Origin: Hyaloraphidium curvatum SAG 235-1 | Taxonomy: Eukaryota > Fungi > Monoblepharomycota | Assembly (NCBI GenBank): GCA_025558095.1 | Contig: JAIVFI010000031.1 | Coordinates: forward strand, 248,001-312,000 | DNA length: 64,000 bases | Direction of reading: 5' to 3' | In this document: piece after piece, positions 49,583 to 64,000 of the stretch | Layout of the letters: each line of letters opens with the position of its first letter | How positions within the stretch are numbered: position 1 is the first letter of the stretch | The notes under the pieces: generated by a model | The model's database searches: none | Seen by the model: the letters and a program-made list of their open reading frames with translations, nothing else | Told to the model about the DNA's origin: nothing | Program-made: the position numbers and the translations under genes

Positions 49583-52045
49583 CTAGCGACGGTTGCTGTA
49601 TGCAAACTCCTTGAGGTACTCTTCGCCGCCCTCGAGGTACTCCTCCCTCGTGAGGCTCGCATTCCTGAGTTCTTGTTCGCTCAGTCCCGCGGCCCACATC
49701 GCCGCCCCCCTCCACGCGTCCAGCCTCGGGTCCGCCGCCCGCCGCACCATGAGCGGGCTCCCCACAGGCCGAATTGCGCGCAGCTCGCTCTCGAGCCGCT
49801 CGATCAGGTCCGGGTAGATGCTGTGCGTGCCCGTGACGAGCACGTTGCGCATCAGTGCGTCTTGCGTGCGTGCGTCCACCCGCTTCAGGATCTCGGCGAT
49901 GATCTCGACGATCCCCGCCTGGTCCAGCCCCACGATGCTGGGCTGAAACAGCACCTCGGGCACCCTGATCCGCTCCACGTTGAGGTGGATCTGGTGCGCC
50001 ATCGCTGCCTGCTCTTCCTTGCCCTGCGGGCGCGGCGCCGAGGCGGCGTAGGCCCCGTAGGCCAGGCGATAGACGATGGATTTCCGCATCAGCTTCTGGT
50101 CCTCGTCCACGTCGTCCGGCTGGAAGTTGGGATCGTGCTGCTCGAGCAGCGCGTCGATGTGCCCGAGCTCCGTGATCTCGGCCTCCTCGCCGTCCGAGTC
50201 CTCGCCGCCGATCTCGCGGTAGACGTGCCAGTCGGCGTCGTCCGCGCCAAAGTTGTCGTCTGACGACGGTGCGCACCGTGAGTCTGGAGGCTTTGAAGGA
50301 TGGCGCAGCGACCCACCGTCCTGCCCACGCCGCCTCCGCTTCGCCGGCCCCTCGTCGTCCTTGGCCAGGTTCGCCACGGTCCGCATCCTCGCCTTGGACG
50401 CCTGGCTCCTCCTGTCCTGCAGCTGCTCCTTCTTCTTCTTGCGCGCCCTGATCCGCTCCACGAGGTCCTTGCGGCGCTCGTGCTTCTCCTTCAACCAGCC
50501 CTCGAAGTCGTCTCTCCGCTTCTCCTCCTCTTTCCGCGCGGCCTCCTCGGTGCGGCGCTGCACCTCCTCCTTCTCCCGCTTGATCTTTTCCCTCGCCTCC
50601 CACGACGCCTTGAGCGAGCGCTGCCGCTTCTTCTCCCTCTTCTGGTCCTCGGTCAGCGCGTCGTCCGGTACGTCGAGCAGGTCCGTCGGCGGCGGCTTGT
50701 CGTCGTCCGCCCGCTCGGGGTCGCGCCGGCCCTTGCGTCCGCCGACGCGGATGCGGTGCAGGTCCCCCTCGGCCTCCTCCAGCGCCGCGTCCAGGTCCTC
50801 GTCCCCCTTGAGCTGGTGCCACTTGAGCTTGGCCGCGTACCCGCGCGGGTCCTCCTCCTTCATGGCCACCACGGACCGCAGCTCCCCGATGTAGGCCTCC
50901 ATCTCCGCGATCCGCTCCTCCTTCTTGCGCTGCGCCTGCTCCTGCAGCCTCCTCCCCTGCTCCTTCTTCTTCTCCTCGAACCGCAGCCGCTCCTCCTCGG
51001 TCATGCCCGGCTTCTCCTGCGCCAGCGCGAACGGGAACTGCACCACCAGGTTCGCCGCGTCCAGCGCCGCCGGGTCGTCCATCGCCCGCAGGTCGGCGAG
51101 GTAGTCCCCCGACACGTGCGTCGTCTCGCGCAGCAGGGCCTCGGCCTGCGCGGGCGTCACCCTGGCGGGGAAGTCGGGGTACTTTGCCTGCAGGAGGGCG
51201 AGGAAGTAGGCCGCGGCCTGTGCGCCACCAAAGGTGATGCGGCGGACGAGCTCGTACAGGGCGTTGCCGGGGGTGTAGGGGAGCACGTGCGTGGCTTCGT
51301 GGCCGGAGGAGATGACGAGGCCGCCGGACGAGGGGTCGGGGGTGTTGGCGTGGTAGCTGAAGAGGGCGTCGATGCCGTAGCAGACCGACGGGACGTTGTA
51401 GCCCTCGAAGAGGAGCTCCGAGACGACTGGTAGAAAGGGGGAACAGAGGTCAGATGGCACTACCAACGGCGCAGCACGAGCAGGCCACCTTTCCGCGAGT
51501 AGGACAGGTTGGCCACGGGCTCCGTCATGACCACGGGGTGGTCGACGCGGCTCTCGCCCGACACGCCCAGCTTTGTGAGCGAGTAGTCGAGCACGGTCTC
51601 GAGCACGTCGACGTTTGTCACGATGTTGCCCTCGAAGGCCGTGCGTAGACTGAGCCGCGCCGACGGGTCCGCCAGCGGCGAGAGCGCGTCGTGGCCGGCA
51701 TGCAGCACCGTGCGACCGGTACGGCGGTCGCGGAACTTTGCGATCACGTTTGGGAATTGGACTGGCGCGTGAATGGAAAGCGGTTAGGCGTCGGTTGGAT
51801 GGGGCGGGGGGTTGGAACCCACGGCGGGGGGCCTCTGCCGCGCTGCCTGCGGCGTCCGTTGCCCAGCCTGCCCGCAGCTCCCAGCAGCCGTTGTCGACGA
51901 CGAGCGGGGCGCGGGCAGCTCTGAACTCTGGATAGTCGTCGTACGTGGGATCGCCATTTTCGGGGCCGCGCTCGAGCCGCGACCCATCGATGACGCGGCG
52001 CGGTTTGCGCGGGCCGCCCGGAGAGAAGGGCTCGTCGCTCGTCAT
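49583..52045 (-). CDS. ARP5: Actin-related protein 5 (INO80 complex)
   Basis: LVVDNGCWELRAGW, ELLFEGYNVPSVCYGIDALFS, DNFGADDADWHVYR, HLNVERIRVPEVLFQPS. Confidence 0.93.
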   Translation of the reverse strand: MTSDEPFSPGGPRKPRRVIDGSRLERGPENGDPTYDDYPEFRAARAPLVVDNGCWELRAGWATDAAGSAAEAPRRGFQPPAPSNRRLTAFHSRASPIPKRDRKVPRPPYRSHGAACRPRRALAAGGPVGAAQSTHGLRGQHRDKRRRARDRARLLAHKAGRVGREPRRPPRGHDGARGQPVLLAERWPARAAPLVVPSDLCSPFLPVVSELLFEGYNVPSVCYGIDALFSYHANTPDPSSGGLVISSGHEATHVLPYTPGNALYELVRRITFGGAQAAAYFLALLQAKYPDFPARVTPAQAEALLRETTHVSGDYLADLRAMDDPAALDAANLVVQFPFALAQEKPGMTEEERLRFEEKKKEQGRRLQEQAQRKKEERIAEMEAYIGELRSVVAMKEEDPRGYAAKLKWHQLKGDEDLDAALEEAEGDLHRIRVGGRKGRRDPERADDDKPPPTDLLDVPDDALTEDQKREKKRQRSLKASWEAREKIKREKEEVQRRTEEAARKEEEKRRDDFEGWLKEKHERRKDLVERIRARKKKKEQLQDRRSQASKARMRTVANLAKDDEGPAKRRRRGQDGGSLRHPSKPPDSRCAPSSDDNFGADDADWHVYREIGGEDSDGEEAEITELGHIDALLEQHDPNFQPDDVDEDQKLMRKSIVYRLAYGAYAASAPRPQGKEEQAAMAHQIHLNVERIRVPEVLFQPSIVGLDQAGIVEIIAEILKRVDARTQDALMRNVLVTGTHSIYPDLIERLESELRAIRPVGSPLMVRRAADPRLDAWRGAAMWAAGLSEQELRNASLTREEYLEGGEEYLKEFAYSNRR

Positions 52046-52260
52046 CGCGGCGACGCGTTTGGTGGGGCCGCGGGACTCGGGAACCCGGGTGAACCGCGAA
52101 CGTGATGACGTTGCGTCGTCTGCGTTGAAACCAATAAACAGTCGGGACCGCGTATCGGCGGCTCTCGGGACTCGGTCCTCTGCTCGAGGGGTCCTGCATC
52201 GCTCACAGCGGCAGGCGGGCGCTGCTCGGCGAGGCCGGCACCCTTCGGGTTTATTTGGAC

Positions 52261-53533
52261 ATGGCAGACGACGAGGACGATGCTCCCCAGGAGCCGTTCG
52301 AGGCGGTTCTCAAATGGGCCGGCGCCCGCATCGAGCTGAATCTGGTGCCGGGCAACACCGTGGCCGAGCTGCGCGAGCTGGTGCTGGAGCTGGTCGACGA
52401 CCCGCCCAAGGACCCCGCGGATCTCCGGCTCGTCGTCGGCGGCCGCGTGCTCTCGGACCCGGACCAGACCATGGCCGCTGCCGGCATTAAAGAGGGCACC
52501 GTCATCAACGGCGCAAAGGCCGCGAAATCGGCCGCCCCGCCGGCCGTGACCCCGGACGCCCTCGCGTCCCAAATGGCGAAGCCGAAGAATCCCCCCGGCA
52601 CGCCGGACATGTCCGTACTGCAGACTCCGATGATGCAGGCCCTGCTGCAGAACCCGGTGAGCCTTTGCTCCGCGCCAGAGCACCCCTTTGGGCTTCCTGA
52701 CCGGCCGTCGTAGGACATGATTCGCGCGATGCTCACGGCGGATCCCCGGATCCGCGAGGCCATGGAGCGCCAGCCGGAGCTGCGCAACCTCCTCTCGGAC
52801 CCCAACTTCCTCCGCCAAACCATCGAAACCGTCTCGAACCCCGCCGCGCTGCAGCAGATGCAGCGCAACCAGGACCGCGCCCTGCTCAACCTCGAGAACA
52901 TCCCCGGCGGGTTCAACGCCCTCGCGTCGTTGCACCACTCCCTGGAGCCACTCATGGGGCCGCGGTCCGAGGACCCCAGCACGGACGAGGCGAACAGGAG
53001 GTTCGCGGAGCGGCTGGGCGTCGCGCCGGGGGCCGCGGACCCGGCGTCGGGGCCCAACTCGTCGGCCCTGCCGAACCCCTGGGCGGCGGCGCAGAACCGG
53101 GCGCCTGCGGCGGGGAACCGCGGTATTGGTGCGGGTGCGGGCGCGGGGGCAGGGGCAGGGGCGGGTATGGACATGGCCGCTCTCCAGCAGGTGGGTCTAT
53201 TGCGTTCCCGCCGGGACGTTCCGATAACGCCTCCACCCCTGTGCAGATGATGCGCATGTTCCAGCAACCGCAGGCGTCTGCCGGCGCTTCCCTGGCCGCG
53301 GGTTCCAGTCCCGCGGCGGCGGCGGCGCCTCCCGCGGACGCCGCGGTGCGCTTCCAGGCGCAGCTGCAAACTCTGGCCGACATGGGGTTCACGGACCAGC
53401 AAAAATGCCTCCGGGCACTGGTGGGCACGGCGTGGCCGCAATAAGGGGGTATATTCTGACCCGAGCCCGCCAGACAATGACGAACGGCAACGTAGACGCC
53501 GCGATCGAGATCCTCCTCTCGTCCCTGTCGTGA
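52261..53533 (+). CDS. DSK2: Ubiquilin/Dsk2 (UBL-STI1-UBA)
   Basis: UBL (RLVVGGRVLSD), QRNQDRALLNLENIPGGFNAL, LPNPW, RFQAQLQTLADMGFTD UBA. Confidence 0.9.
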
Positions 53534-53540
53534 CATAGAA

Positions 53541-54691
53541 TCACATCGCCAACGTGTAGCGGGAGGCCGCCCTGTCGAAGGCGCTCTCCCGGGCTGCTGT
53601 CTCGGTTAGTAAAGCGTGTTGTGGTGCGACCTCGCGGAGCGAGCTGTCCGGCCCGTGAGTTGCCTGTCACGTCCAGCAAGCGCGCCGCCACCCACTTGGT
53701 GTACCGCGCCACCACGTCCGCCGGCTTGCCCGCCAGGTGCGAAGCGACGATCAGGTTGGCCAGGGTCTCGGGGTCGTTGGGGTCCTTGTTGGAGGACTCG
53801 AGGAGGAGCTGCTCGGCCTCGTCCAGCTTGCCCTGGTGCAGCCGGCACACGGCCTGGCCCGTCAGAACCTTGGCCGAGGAGCCGTGGCCGAGCTCCTCGA
53901 AGATGTAGAAGGCCTCCTGGTACTTTTGGTCCCCGCCCTGGCGTCCCGCCCCGCTCAGCTCGCACTCGGGCACGTTTGAGGGAAGGTCCTACCATGTAGA
54001 GGTTCACCCACGCCTCCGCCAGCTGCGCGATCGTCGCGTCCTCGGCCCAGGACCTGAGCTGCGCGAGCTGCTGCCGCGCGAGGTCGGGCCGGTCCATCTT
54101 GAGCAGTATCTGGATCATGAAGGACACGCTGCCGCGTCGCCGTGCCTCAGCCCCTCTCCCCGACCCGCAGCGCGCTCCAGCCCACCATTCCATGTTCCTC
54201 GGGTGCAGCGACAGCGCCTTGAGCGCCTCGTCGATCAGCCCCTCGCGGAAGAGCACGGTTGCCACGAGTACCGCCACGGTCGCGTTCCCCGCGTTCTCCT
54301 GCGCCATGAGCTTCACCCGCTCCGTCGCCTCCTCCAGGTCCGCGTCGGTCTTGGCCGCCAGGTACAGTGCGAACGCAAAGACGGCCTGCAGCTCCGGCTG
54401 CTCGCTCGACTCGACCTCGGACACGACCAGCTTGGTGCGGCCCAGGGCGAGCTGCGCGCGGTGCAGGAAGACCTGCCGCTCGATCTTGCCCTTGTCCGTG
54501 CGCGCGGGCGGGTTCGAGAGGCACGCGTTGACGCACATCTGGTAGTTGCCGATGTAGAAGAGGTTCCGGACCTGCAGGTTCTCTGGGGACAACACCGCGG
54601 CGGGCAGGGGCCGGCGGGCGGGCAGGGCCGAGGAATTCATTAGGCAAAGCTCCGTGGTGTTCGGCAGGCGCGATTCACCGTCGTCCGCCAT
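53541..54691 (-). CDS. COPE: Coatomer epsilon subunit
   Basis: VRNLFYIGNYQ, QILLKMDRPDLA..EDATIAQLAEAWV, YQEAFYIFEEL, ETLANLIV. Confidence 0.92.
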
Positions 54692-54899
54692 CTTTGCGGG
54701 GAGGGGTGGGTTGAATAAGGTAAGACGTGGCCTCCTGCGAGCAGAGTCGAAGGCGCACTGCTCGAGGGACGCTCGCAGCCGAAAAGAAAACACAGAGGCC
54801 AAGTAAATCATTCAGCTGACTACTGGTATCGTCTACTAACATCGCCAGCCGTGAAAAGAGCGGTATCGGAAAATATAAACAGTCAGATCGCCACGTCGC

Positions 54900-54929
54900 C
54901 AACGTCGTCAATCCCAACGTCGTCAATCC
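54900..54929. repeat. Perfect 15-bp tandem duplication (CAACGTCGTCAATCC x2)
   Basis: Read directly, in the intergenic region between AVL9 and COPE. Confidence 0.85.
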
Positions 54930-54953
54930 TCCCTGCCACCTAGCGCAGAGTCC

Positions 54954-57226
54954 TCATTCCTTCCTGCTCGCCCGGCGGAAGAAGCCGTTGATGCTGCCAC
55001 CAATGTTCGAGAACACCCCCGAGATATGACGCAGCGGGTTGTCGGCCGCCTCCCCGCCATCCTCCGAGGGCGGCTTCGCGACCTTTTGCAGCGCTGTGCC
55101 AATATCTGCGAGCCGCTCTTCGACGCGGAGGTCCTTAAACCTGGTCACGAAGGTCTTCTGGAGCTCTCCAAAGACCGTCGTGCCGGAGCACGGATGCCGG
55201 TTCGGCACGTTCTCGGGGAGCTGGCTTACGGAAACGTCCTTCGCCGCCCAATCCTCGTAGTTGAGCTTTTGGGGCGTCAGAATGCGCCGGACAATCAAGT
55301 GCAAGACCCCACCGTCTGCATCCAAGCCTCAACAAAGCGCGCGCCATACTCCGAGAGGGATCCCCGCTCTGGTGGTTCGATCAGCTGCAGACGAGGAAGT
55401 CGGCGCCAGATTCTACGTACCCTTGCCCTTGTCGTTGCCGTCCGAGCTCTTCCGCGGCGCTTGGCTGCAAAGCAGCAGCCCGTACAGGTACTGTTCGAAG
55501 CGGGCCCGGATTTCCTCGTCGGAACCTTCGTAGCCCACAGGGCTCGTAGATTCCGCAGGCGAGTCTGGTGTGACAGCAGTTAGACAAGTAGCCAACACAC
55601 TGCTCGAGGCTCCCACCGAGAAAGTCGAAGCGAGCATCCACGGCTGCGGCAATCTCCTCGATGAACCGCTTGTCCGGCGCCGTCAGGGCGACCGTCTGCT
55701 CCAACTGGCGGTCGAGAATCTCGACGGAGCCGGACTCGACGTCGATGACGGCGTGAATGCCAGAGTCCTCGCGCTCCGCGCGCTCGACAAAGATCTGGTT
55801 GGTCACGCCGGCGACAAACGTCCGCGTGTTGGGGTCGAACAGCACCGACATCTTCTGAAGCGGGCAGTAGGGTTGGAAGTAGGCCCCCTTCTGGAAAATG
55901 CGGAGCTGGAGAACTTCGGTTAGGGTGGCCTCGAGAATGATCCGCAACGGAGCCTACCGGCATGTGGAGCTTTCGGGCCAGACTTGCTTCAGCATCGCCC
56001 GAAACATCGGTTTGGTCATCAATCTCCAGCTGGGGCGAACCGACGTCTTTGAGATGAGACATTAGCTCTGCCCAGAGAAACGGTCAGCGTAACCTGCTTA
56101 GCGGAAGCGCGACCGAAGCCAACCGGGTATCAGAGAAACCAAAGAGTACTGGACGTTGCAGAGGGTTTCAACGTCGGAGCCAAAGAAGAGTAACCGCCGC
56201 TCCAGCAGGAGCAGCTTAAAGAGCGTCAGCGTCTTGGCACGAAAGGTTCGAACCACCTCGCCGAGTTTCGTCGCTAGAATCGCAGACGCAAAATGAGATC
56301 GCGCGCCATCTGGCACGGAGGTGACCTACCCTGATAAAGAACTTCGTTTGAAGGACGCGAGGGCACCTTCTGGTTGAGGCTGACATACAGTTGCTGCGAA
56401 AGCGTGTCAGCGTGGATGCTCCTCAGCGACATTGTTGCCGACCTTCAAGATGTCAGTCTGCGAGAAGTCGCGCTGGTTGAAGAAGGCCTGGGTGCCAGAA
56501 CCTAGGATTGATCGAATCGCTCCATAGACAGGCTGGGACCGACGTCAGCCAAATCCGCACGAGGCAAAAGGCAGCCACCAACTTCTCTCGCCAGCACAAC
56601 CACTTTTGAGTTGAAGGGGACGATTGAGGAACGAGGTCTCCGTGTCAAGCGGCTGAACCTTACCTGCTTTCTGGACTGTGAACGAGGGACAACGTCAGAG
56701 GAGCTAAGCCAGGCACACCACGACTCTTCCTACCAGTGTTACGTGTAACATCGGCAGTCTTGTTGACGAGCTCCTGCGGCGAATGTCAAACAGTGCCCCA
56801 CGGCCGGAGACCGCCCAGTCCCACAGAAGCCTTAATCTGCCGACAACACGCCATTCCAAACGTCGTAGAAGCCGAGAACGCCGGCCATTCCGCCACAGGA
56901 GCAAGGTGGAAGCTCGTAAACTCCTCTTCCTTCAAGTGGGCTCCGTCGGGGAGGCAGAAGAACGGTAGGTCGGACCATTCCGGGGGAAGGGGAAGGCGAG
57001 AAAGAGATTCCGGAGTTCCCAACTGCTCCTTTCCAGCCGCCTCCGGGTGATCCTTCAAAGGTGGGAGGGGAGGGTGGCAGAACTCGACTTGCGGACCCGC
57101 TCGATGGTGGAAGTTCACCAACAAGACTAGCAAGCAGGTTGGTGCTCCGACTCCGCGCTCGGCACTAGAGAGAATCTCACTGTTGGTGACTATCCTCTCG
57201 TCCGGTAGACAAGACGGGCCGTCCAT
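54954..57226 (-). CDS. AVL9: Late secretory pathway protein Avl9 (DENN-like)
   Basis: LVNFHHRAGPQVEF, LPFFCLPDGAHLKEEEF, FGMACCRQI, LFKLLLLERRLLFFG, PYCPLQ, GYEGSDEEIRARFEQYL. Confidence 0.9.
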
Positions 57227-57307
57227 AGCATCTTCAGACTTCAAGAAGCAAGTTGATGTCTCGCCCGCGTCTCAGGTTAGTATGAGGCCCGCCGTACGTA
57301 CCGGAAG

Positions 57308-58342
57308 ATGGCGGAGGTAGAGAACCAGCCGGCAGAGCCGAGGGGGCTCAAACGGACCCGCAAAGGGACCAAGGCGGAGGTGGATATACGTCGTGCTTCG
57401 GCCTGGAGGACGTGTTGGCAACTTGGAATCGCAGGACTGGGCGCCGTGGCCAGTCGAACAGCTTCCGCCTGAAGGAGGGAGCCAGGACGCGATCCGAGCC
57501 TTTGTTGAGGTGTGGAACGCCCAGGCCGTTTCTCTGGAGGGCGTTCGTGAAGAGGGACACCTCCACAGGACTCCTTCCGGGATGAAACCTTTGAGCCGTC
57601 AGTCTTCCACAACTCGCAAGTGGACCCCGCGCTCTTGCAGTACGAGTTCTTGCGGTAAGATTCACTGGCTCACGATTGAAACTCCTTGGCCTTGAACTCG
57701 CGTGTCTCCAGGCTCGTGTGCGTCAGGCTCGGTCACCTTGTCGTGGTCCTCGAGGATGAATGTACTCCTGCGACTTGCGCCGACATGAAGGCGGACGAGT
57801 GGCAGTTTCTTTGGTAAGCCTTTCCCATGGACCTTCGTGTTGTCCCCTGACTGTCTCCCTTATCGCAGTGCCGCTCACCTCACTCCACAATCGGTTGGTT
57901 GGTTTTGGCAGCTCTGGCGTCGTCGCTGACGTTCGCCGCAGTGTCCAGCGATCGACTACATCATTCACACGTTGTGAGTGGGCCGATGTGTAGCTGTTCG
58001 GCTATGAGACCCTCCTGACGCGCTTTAGGGATGGAGCCACCGCTTTGCTCAACAGCCACAAACATTTTCCGTTGAACGCGCCAACACCCGAGAGCTCCGT
58101 AAAGCATTTCTCTGTGAGATGAGATGGTCTCCGAGCCCAGGTAACGGATCCTGACCCGCGGCCCACAGAATATCGCTCGCCGCCTCTACCGGATATTTGC
58201 ACACTGCTACTTCGTGCACCGGGAGTCGTTCGGACTGTTTGAGAACGAGACCCAGCTGTACGCTCGTTTTCTGGCCTTCTCGAACGCTTTCCAGCTCATA
58301 CCGGGCAATCTGCTGATCGTTCCCGAAAATGCTGGGCAATGA
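57308..58342 (+). CDS. MOB4: MOB4/phocein (STRIPAK subunit), many short exons
   Basis: Spliced reading QYEFLR|..ECTPATCADMKADEWQFL|CAAH..|CPAIDYIIH..DGATALLN..FP..ARRLYRIFAHCYFVH..FENET; invisible in the ORF track. Confidence 0.85.
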
Positions 58343-58479
58343 CGAGACGGGCCAGGTCGGCGGATGGCTGGAACGAGAACCTCCGTGTGATATTAGGCCT
58401 GCGGAACATGATGGGTATCATAACCTAGCGACGACAAGAGCAGCACCACTCCGGAACCCGGCCCAACGCCCCAGGCTGC

Positions 58480-62514
<4,035 letters not shown>

Positions 62515-62540
62515 ACCACATAGACCTGATCATTCGCGCC

Positions 62541-63511
62541 ATGGTTGTTGCCGTCGGACTCGGTGGTGACGCACGTCCCCTGCCATCCCTCCTCGACGAT
62601 TCCCATCCTGGCCCGACTAGCGCCGAGATGCCTCTTGCTCCTGCTTCTCCTAGGTCTCTCCGTCCCGGGAAGCGACGCCAACACGGAGAAGATCCGCCTG
62701 GCGGTCGGGGGACGTGACGAAACTCCGTGCTTCGCCGGAGACCCCGCCCTCGTCGGCCATAGCCAAATGTGGCCGCGGGCCCGCATCCTCGCCGCTCTGA
62801 CAAGAGCGGAAGAGTGAGAAACACTTTGCGTCGGGTTCCACTGCCCGGACCGATGAGATTTCCTACTCAGATCGCCCAAGCCGGTCCTGCAACCTCCTTA
62901 CACCCTCGCCCCCGGAAACGTCCTGAACGCGACCTGCTGCGGCCCGGGAGCATCGTGGGACGTCGATGTCTATTTCATTCGCGCGAATGAGGTCGGGACG
63001 GCGCACGAGCTGCGGATATCGTACCCCGCGACGGTGGGGCGGCTCCACTCCCGCTCTCGACTTGCCGGCCTGACTCCGGGACGCAGTTCCCGGCGGACTT
63101 TTACCAGGACGTCTTTACTGCGGGCTGTTTCGTGCGGTTCCTGGGCCGGGATGCGGGGTCGCTCGCGGCGCCGACGACGGGCGAGCTCCAGCTTGCCTCG
63201 CACGTGCAGCTCGTTGCAGCAAAGGCCACGGGCGTCGCCCTGCCGGACAAGCACCTTCCCACGCTCGTGCCCTATGATATGGGTGGGTGCTCCGTCGTTC
63301 GTCGGCTCGTGCGGGGAGCTAAACGCGGACGATCCGGGCAGTGCTCGACAGGCTCTACTTCGGGGCCGTGCCCCACTCTTCCCTCCGCCTGATCGCCTTC
63401 CTCGTCGCCCTCATCATCCTGTCCGCCAAGTTCGCCGTGCCTTGGGTCGCCGCACGCATCGAAGCCATCCTCGACGCCCCCGACGCCGGAAACCGCCCCA
63501 AAACAGATTGA
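62541..63511 (+). CDS. Signal-peptide and C-terminal TM protein, Pga1-like (GPI mannosyltransferase II co-activator)
   Basis: Leu-rich signal followed by ANTEK, ELRISYPAT, VPYD|IVLDRLYFGAVP plus TM helix. Start uncertain. Confidence 0.55.
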
Positions 63512-63694
63512 CTTGATGGCAGCTTTATTGAGCTTTTAGGAGAGTAAAGGCAATTGTTCGCAGCTCCTCCTCAATATCCCCTTCCCCCCCTCGTCCCCGC
63601 CCGCGCGGCCGCTCCTCAGCCCGCAGGGATGCCCCACAGCCCGCTCACCCCCCAACAATCAGCCAACCCGCCCCAACGCCACACGTCCGGATAT

Positions 63695-64000
63695 CTAGTG
63701 CGAGGAAGCACCCTTGAGCTCGGCGGCCTGCTCGGGGCCAATGACGAGTTTCGGGAGGCCGGCGTCTGCAAGCGCGGGGAGGGTCAGTCGGTGCCGGCGG
63801 AAGATGCACGCAGGGCAACGCACGGTAGTGGTGGTACTCGGGAGGCGAGGGCAGGTTCCACTCGAGGCCGACGGTGGCGAGGGTCTCGGGCTCACGAAGG
63901 TTGCCGTACCGGAACTTGGTGAAGAAGAGCGGGGGCATGCTGCAAACCGGCCGGGATGAGCGAAAATGCGGCCCACGGCCCGCGCGATAACCCACATCTG
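63695..64000 (-). CDS. 3' end of a nuclear gene encoding a Cox1 C-terminal-tail-like peptide (candidate Cox1-c); 5' part outside window
   Basis: Introns 63940-63995 and 63766-63823 give ..QIMPPLFFTKFRYGNLREPETLATVGLEWNLPSPPEYHHYHAGLPKLVIGPEQAAELKGASSH*. Confidence 0.7.
   Translation of the reverse strand, partial: QMWVIARAVGRIFAHPGRFAACPRSSSPSSGTATFVSPRPSPPSASSGTCPRLPSTTTTVRCPACIFRRHRLTLPALADAGLPKLVIGPEQAAELKGASSH

Noticed and set aside
49056-50822. 588-aa minus-strand ORF
   Set aside because: Alternative frame of ARP5 and antisense to RFT1; Gly/Arg/Ala composition typical of off-frame GC-rich DNA.
53128-53166. GGNGCN hexamer repeat
   Set aside because: Encodes a Gly-Ala linker within Dsk2; ordinary coding low complexity.

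Overview
This window is gene-dense, high-GC eukaryotic nuclear DNA with many short (~45-60 nt) spliceosomal introns and very small intergenic gaps. Gene content (HOG1, IQGAP, UCS/She4, ClpP, BLOC1S1, MOB4, CDK11) suggests an early-diverging, chytrid-like fungus; this assignment is inference. About 35 housekeeping genes can be reconstructed by eye, several of which the ORF track fragments or misses. Two things stand out. (1) A ~5 kb accessory island (~7580-12570) between the TUG/UBX gene and TRS23. It encodes a large (~1088 aa) Fanzor-type (eukaryotic TnpB-like) RNA-guided nuclease with an N-terminal array of about seven Cys/His zinc-knuckle-like repeats. Its last RuvC catalytic Asp is only restored by splicing out a 50-nt intron. 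A strongly base-paired ~270-nt candidate omegaRNA follows the gene, and an orphan gene with a CxxC...DH (HNH-like) motif lies head-to-head with it. No transposase is visible. (2) At the right edge, an intron-containing nuclear gene ends in the conserved C-terminal tail of mitochondrial Cox1 (LEWxxxSPPxxHxY...LP), suggesting a split cox1 with a nucleus-encoded C-terminal piece. Gene boundaries come from manual splice reconstruction and are approximate where stated.
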